From: Eledone cirrhosa
Taxonomy: Eukaryota
DNA length: 64,000 nt
Assembly (NCBI GenBank): GCA_964016885.1
Contig: OZ024758.1
Coordinates: forward strand, 1,922,001 to 1,986,000
Direction of reading: 5' to 3'
The notes below the pieces were generated by a model. That model ran no database searches. It was not told the DNA's origin and was given only the letters and a program-made list of their open reading frames with translations. The position numbers and the translations under genes were made by a program. Positions 62,938-64,000 of this stretch are shown piece by piece. Position 1 is the first letter of the stretch; each line of letters starts with the position of its first letter.

Positions 62938-63217
62938 ATGAGGAAATATTACCCAGTAAACCACTTCGAAGGTCTAGATAAGGATCAGCTATTGTTTCAG
63001 ACCATCTCAGAATTCCGTAGTGTCACCACACCAACCCAACCAGTAGTATCAACTATACCACATGAATCTACGATATTCCTCGCCGTCTTGTTGGCCGTTA
63101 CTGCCTGCATGATGGTCATCTTGGCCTATTTAACTGGTCGTGTCTTCCAACGGTATCTGGTAATACGAGAAGAAGAAAGATTTATTGAAGAAACACACGC
63201 TGCTATTGTCCAAGCTG
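62938..63217 (+). CDS. Exon of an unidentified single-pass membrane protein; the gene continues beyond the window
   Basis: Non-repetitive ORF: gccATG, Thr/Pro-rich stalk, hydrophobic IFLAVLLAVTACMMVILAYLTG, basic stop-transfer RVFQR, then a strong donor G|gtaagt at 63217/63218. The frame is also open back to an acceptor at 62870, so this may be an internal exon. Confidence 0.6.
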
Positions 63218-63728
63218 GTAAGTTGTCATTGGATTCCCTCTGTTTTTCTTGTCATTGTAGTCTGTTTGGCCTTTACTTTAACTCTTTAGCATTTAAACCA
63301 GCCATATCCAGTCAAAATTCTCTCACCTCGTTTTGTTCTAACCAGCCGTAACCAGCTGTAACTAGCCACTCATAGCGATGTTAACGTATTGTTCTTAAAA
63401 TAAATAATATCAAAATCTCATAGATTCGATATTATGTGAGGTAAAGCCTTTACTGTGACAATACAATAGTATATATAGAGTAATGTAAATGCTAAAGGGT
63501 TAAATACATGGTGTACCCCCAAAAATGTATACATACTTTGATTACCTGTACAGGCAATATTTACTAGAATGCTGGTGAAGGGTGTATACATTTTTCGGGA
63601 CATCTTGTATATATATTCAAACACTTTGTGTACAGAGTCATTGAGAGACATCTAAAAACTGATTTGTTTTACTTTATGATATTTAGTGTACAGTAAATAC
63701 AAATAAATAAGTAGATAAGTGTTGATGG

Positions 63729-63923
63729 CAGACCTGCCAACCTCTAAAAATCCAGACGGGGAGCTCCATGAAAAAAAAATGCCTCAAAACGGGGAGAAAT
63801 GAGGCAAAATGGGGAGATTTTACATATTGAAAGCTAGACCCATTTTCACAAAGAAGACATCTCTCACCCACCCCAAATGCTATCGCAAATCTCCCCGTGG
63901 GACGGGAAGAGTTGACAAGTCTG
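63729..63923. mobile_element. hAT-type MITE of the same family as 48452
   Basis: Same CAGACCTGCCAACC terminus and alignable interior. Confidence 0.75.
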
Positions 63924-64000
63924 TGATGTTCTCTCTTTCACTCACTGCCTCCGTCTCTCTCGCGCTCTCTCTCCCCATCTCTCACTATTATAAGCAAACG

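Overview
AT-rich, microsatellite- and repeat-dense eukaryotic DNA. The repeat complement (CORE-type tRNA-SINEs, RTE LINEs with (GAT)n tails, long (TA)n/(CA)n arrays) suggests an octopus/cephalopod genome; this is inference. Spliced genes were rebuilt by hand from GT-AG junctions and reading phase. (1) A TIGAR-like histidine phosphatase on + (4 coding exons found, 19601-31246; first exon not located) with a ~390-aa Ser/Asn/Asp-rich insertion inside the catalytic domain. (2) A complete 6-exon EMG1/NEP1 on - (43083-48235). (3) A complete 6-exon DPCD on + (49986-54645), head-to-head with EMG1. (4) One exon of an unidentified single-pass membrane protein (62938-63217). Mobile DNA includes a 5'-truncated RTE LINE with a PHD-like finger, other RTE fragments, Penelope-like relics with inverted ends and a hammerhead-like motif, CRE-like relics, hAT and piggyBac-type MITEs, two SINE families, and a 45-bp satellite grown out of a SINE head. 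Most listed ORFs are microsatellite artefacts.
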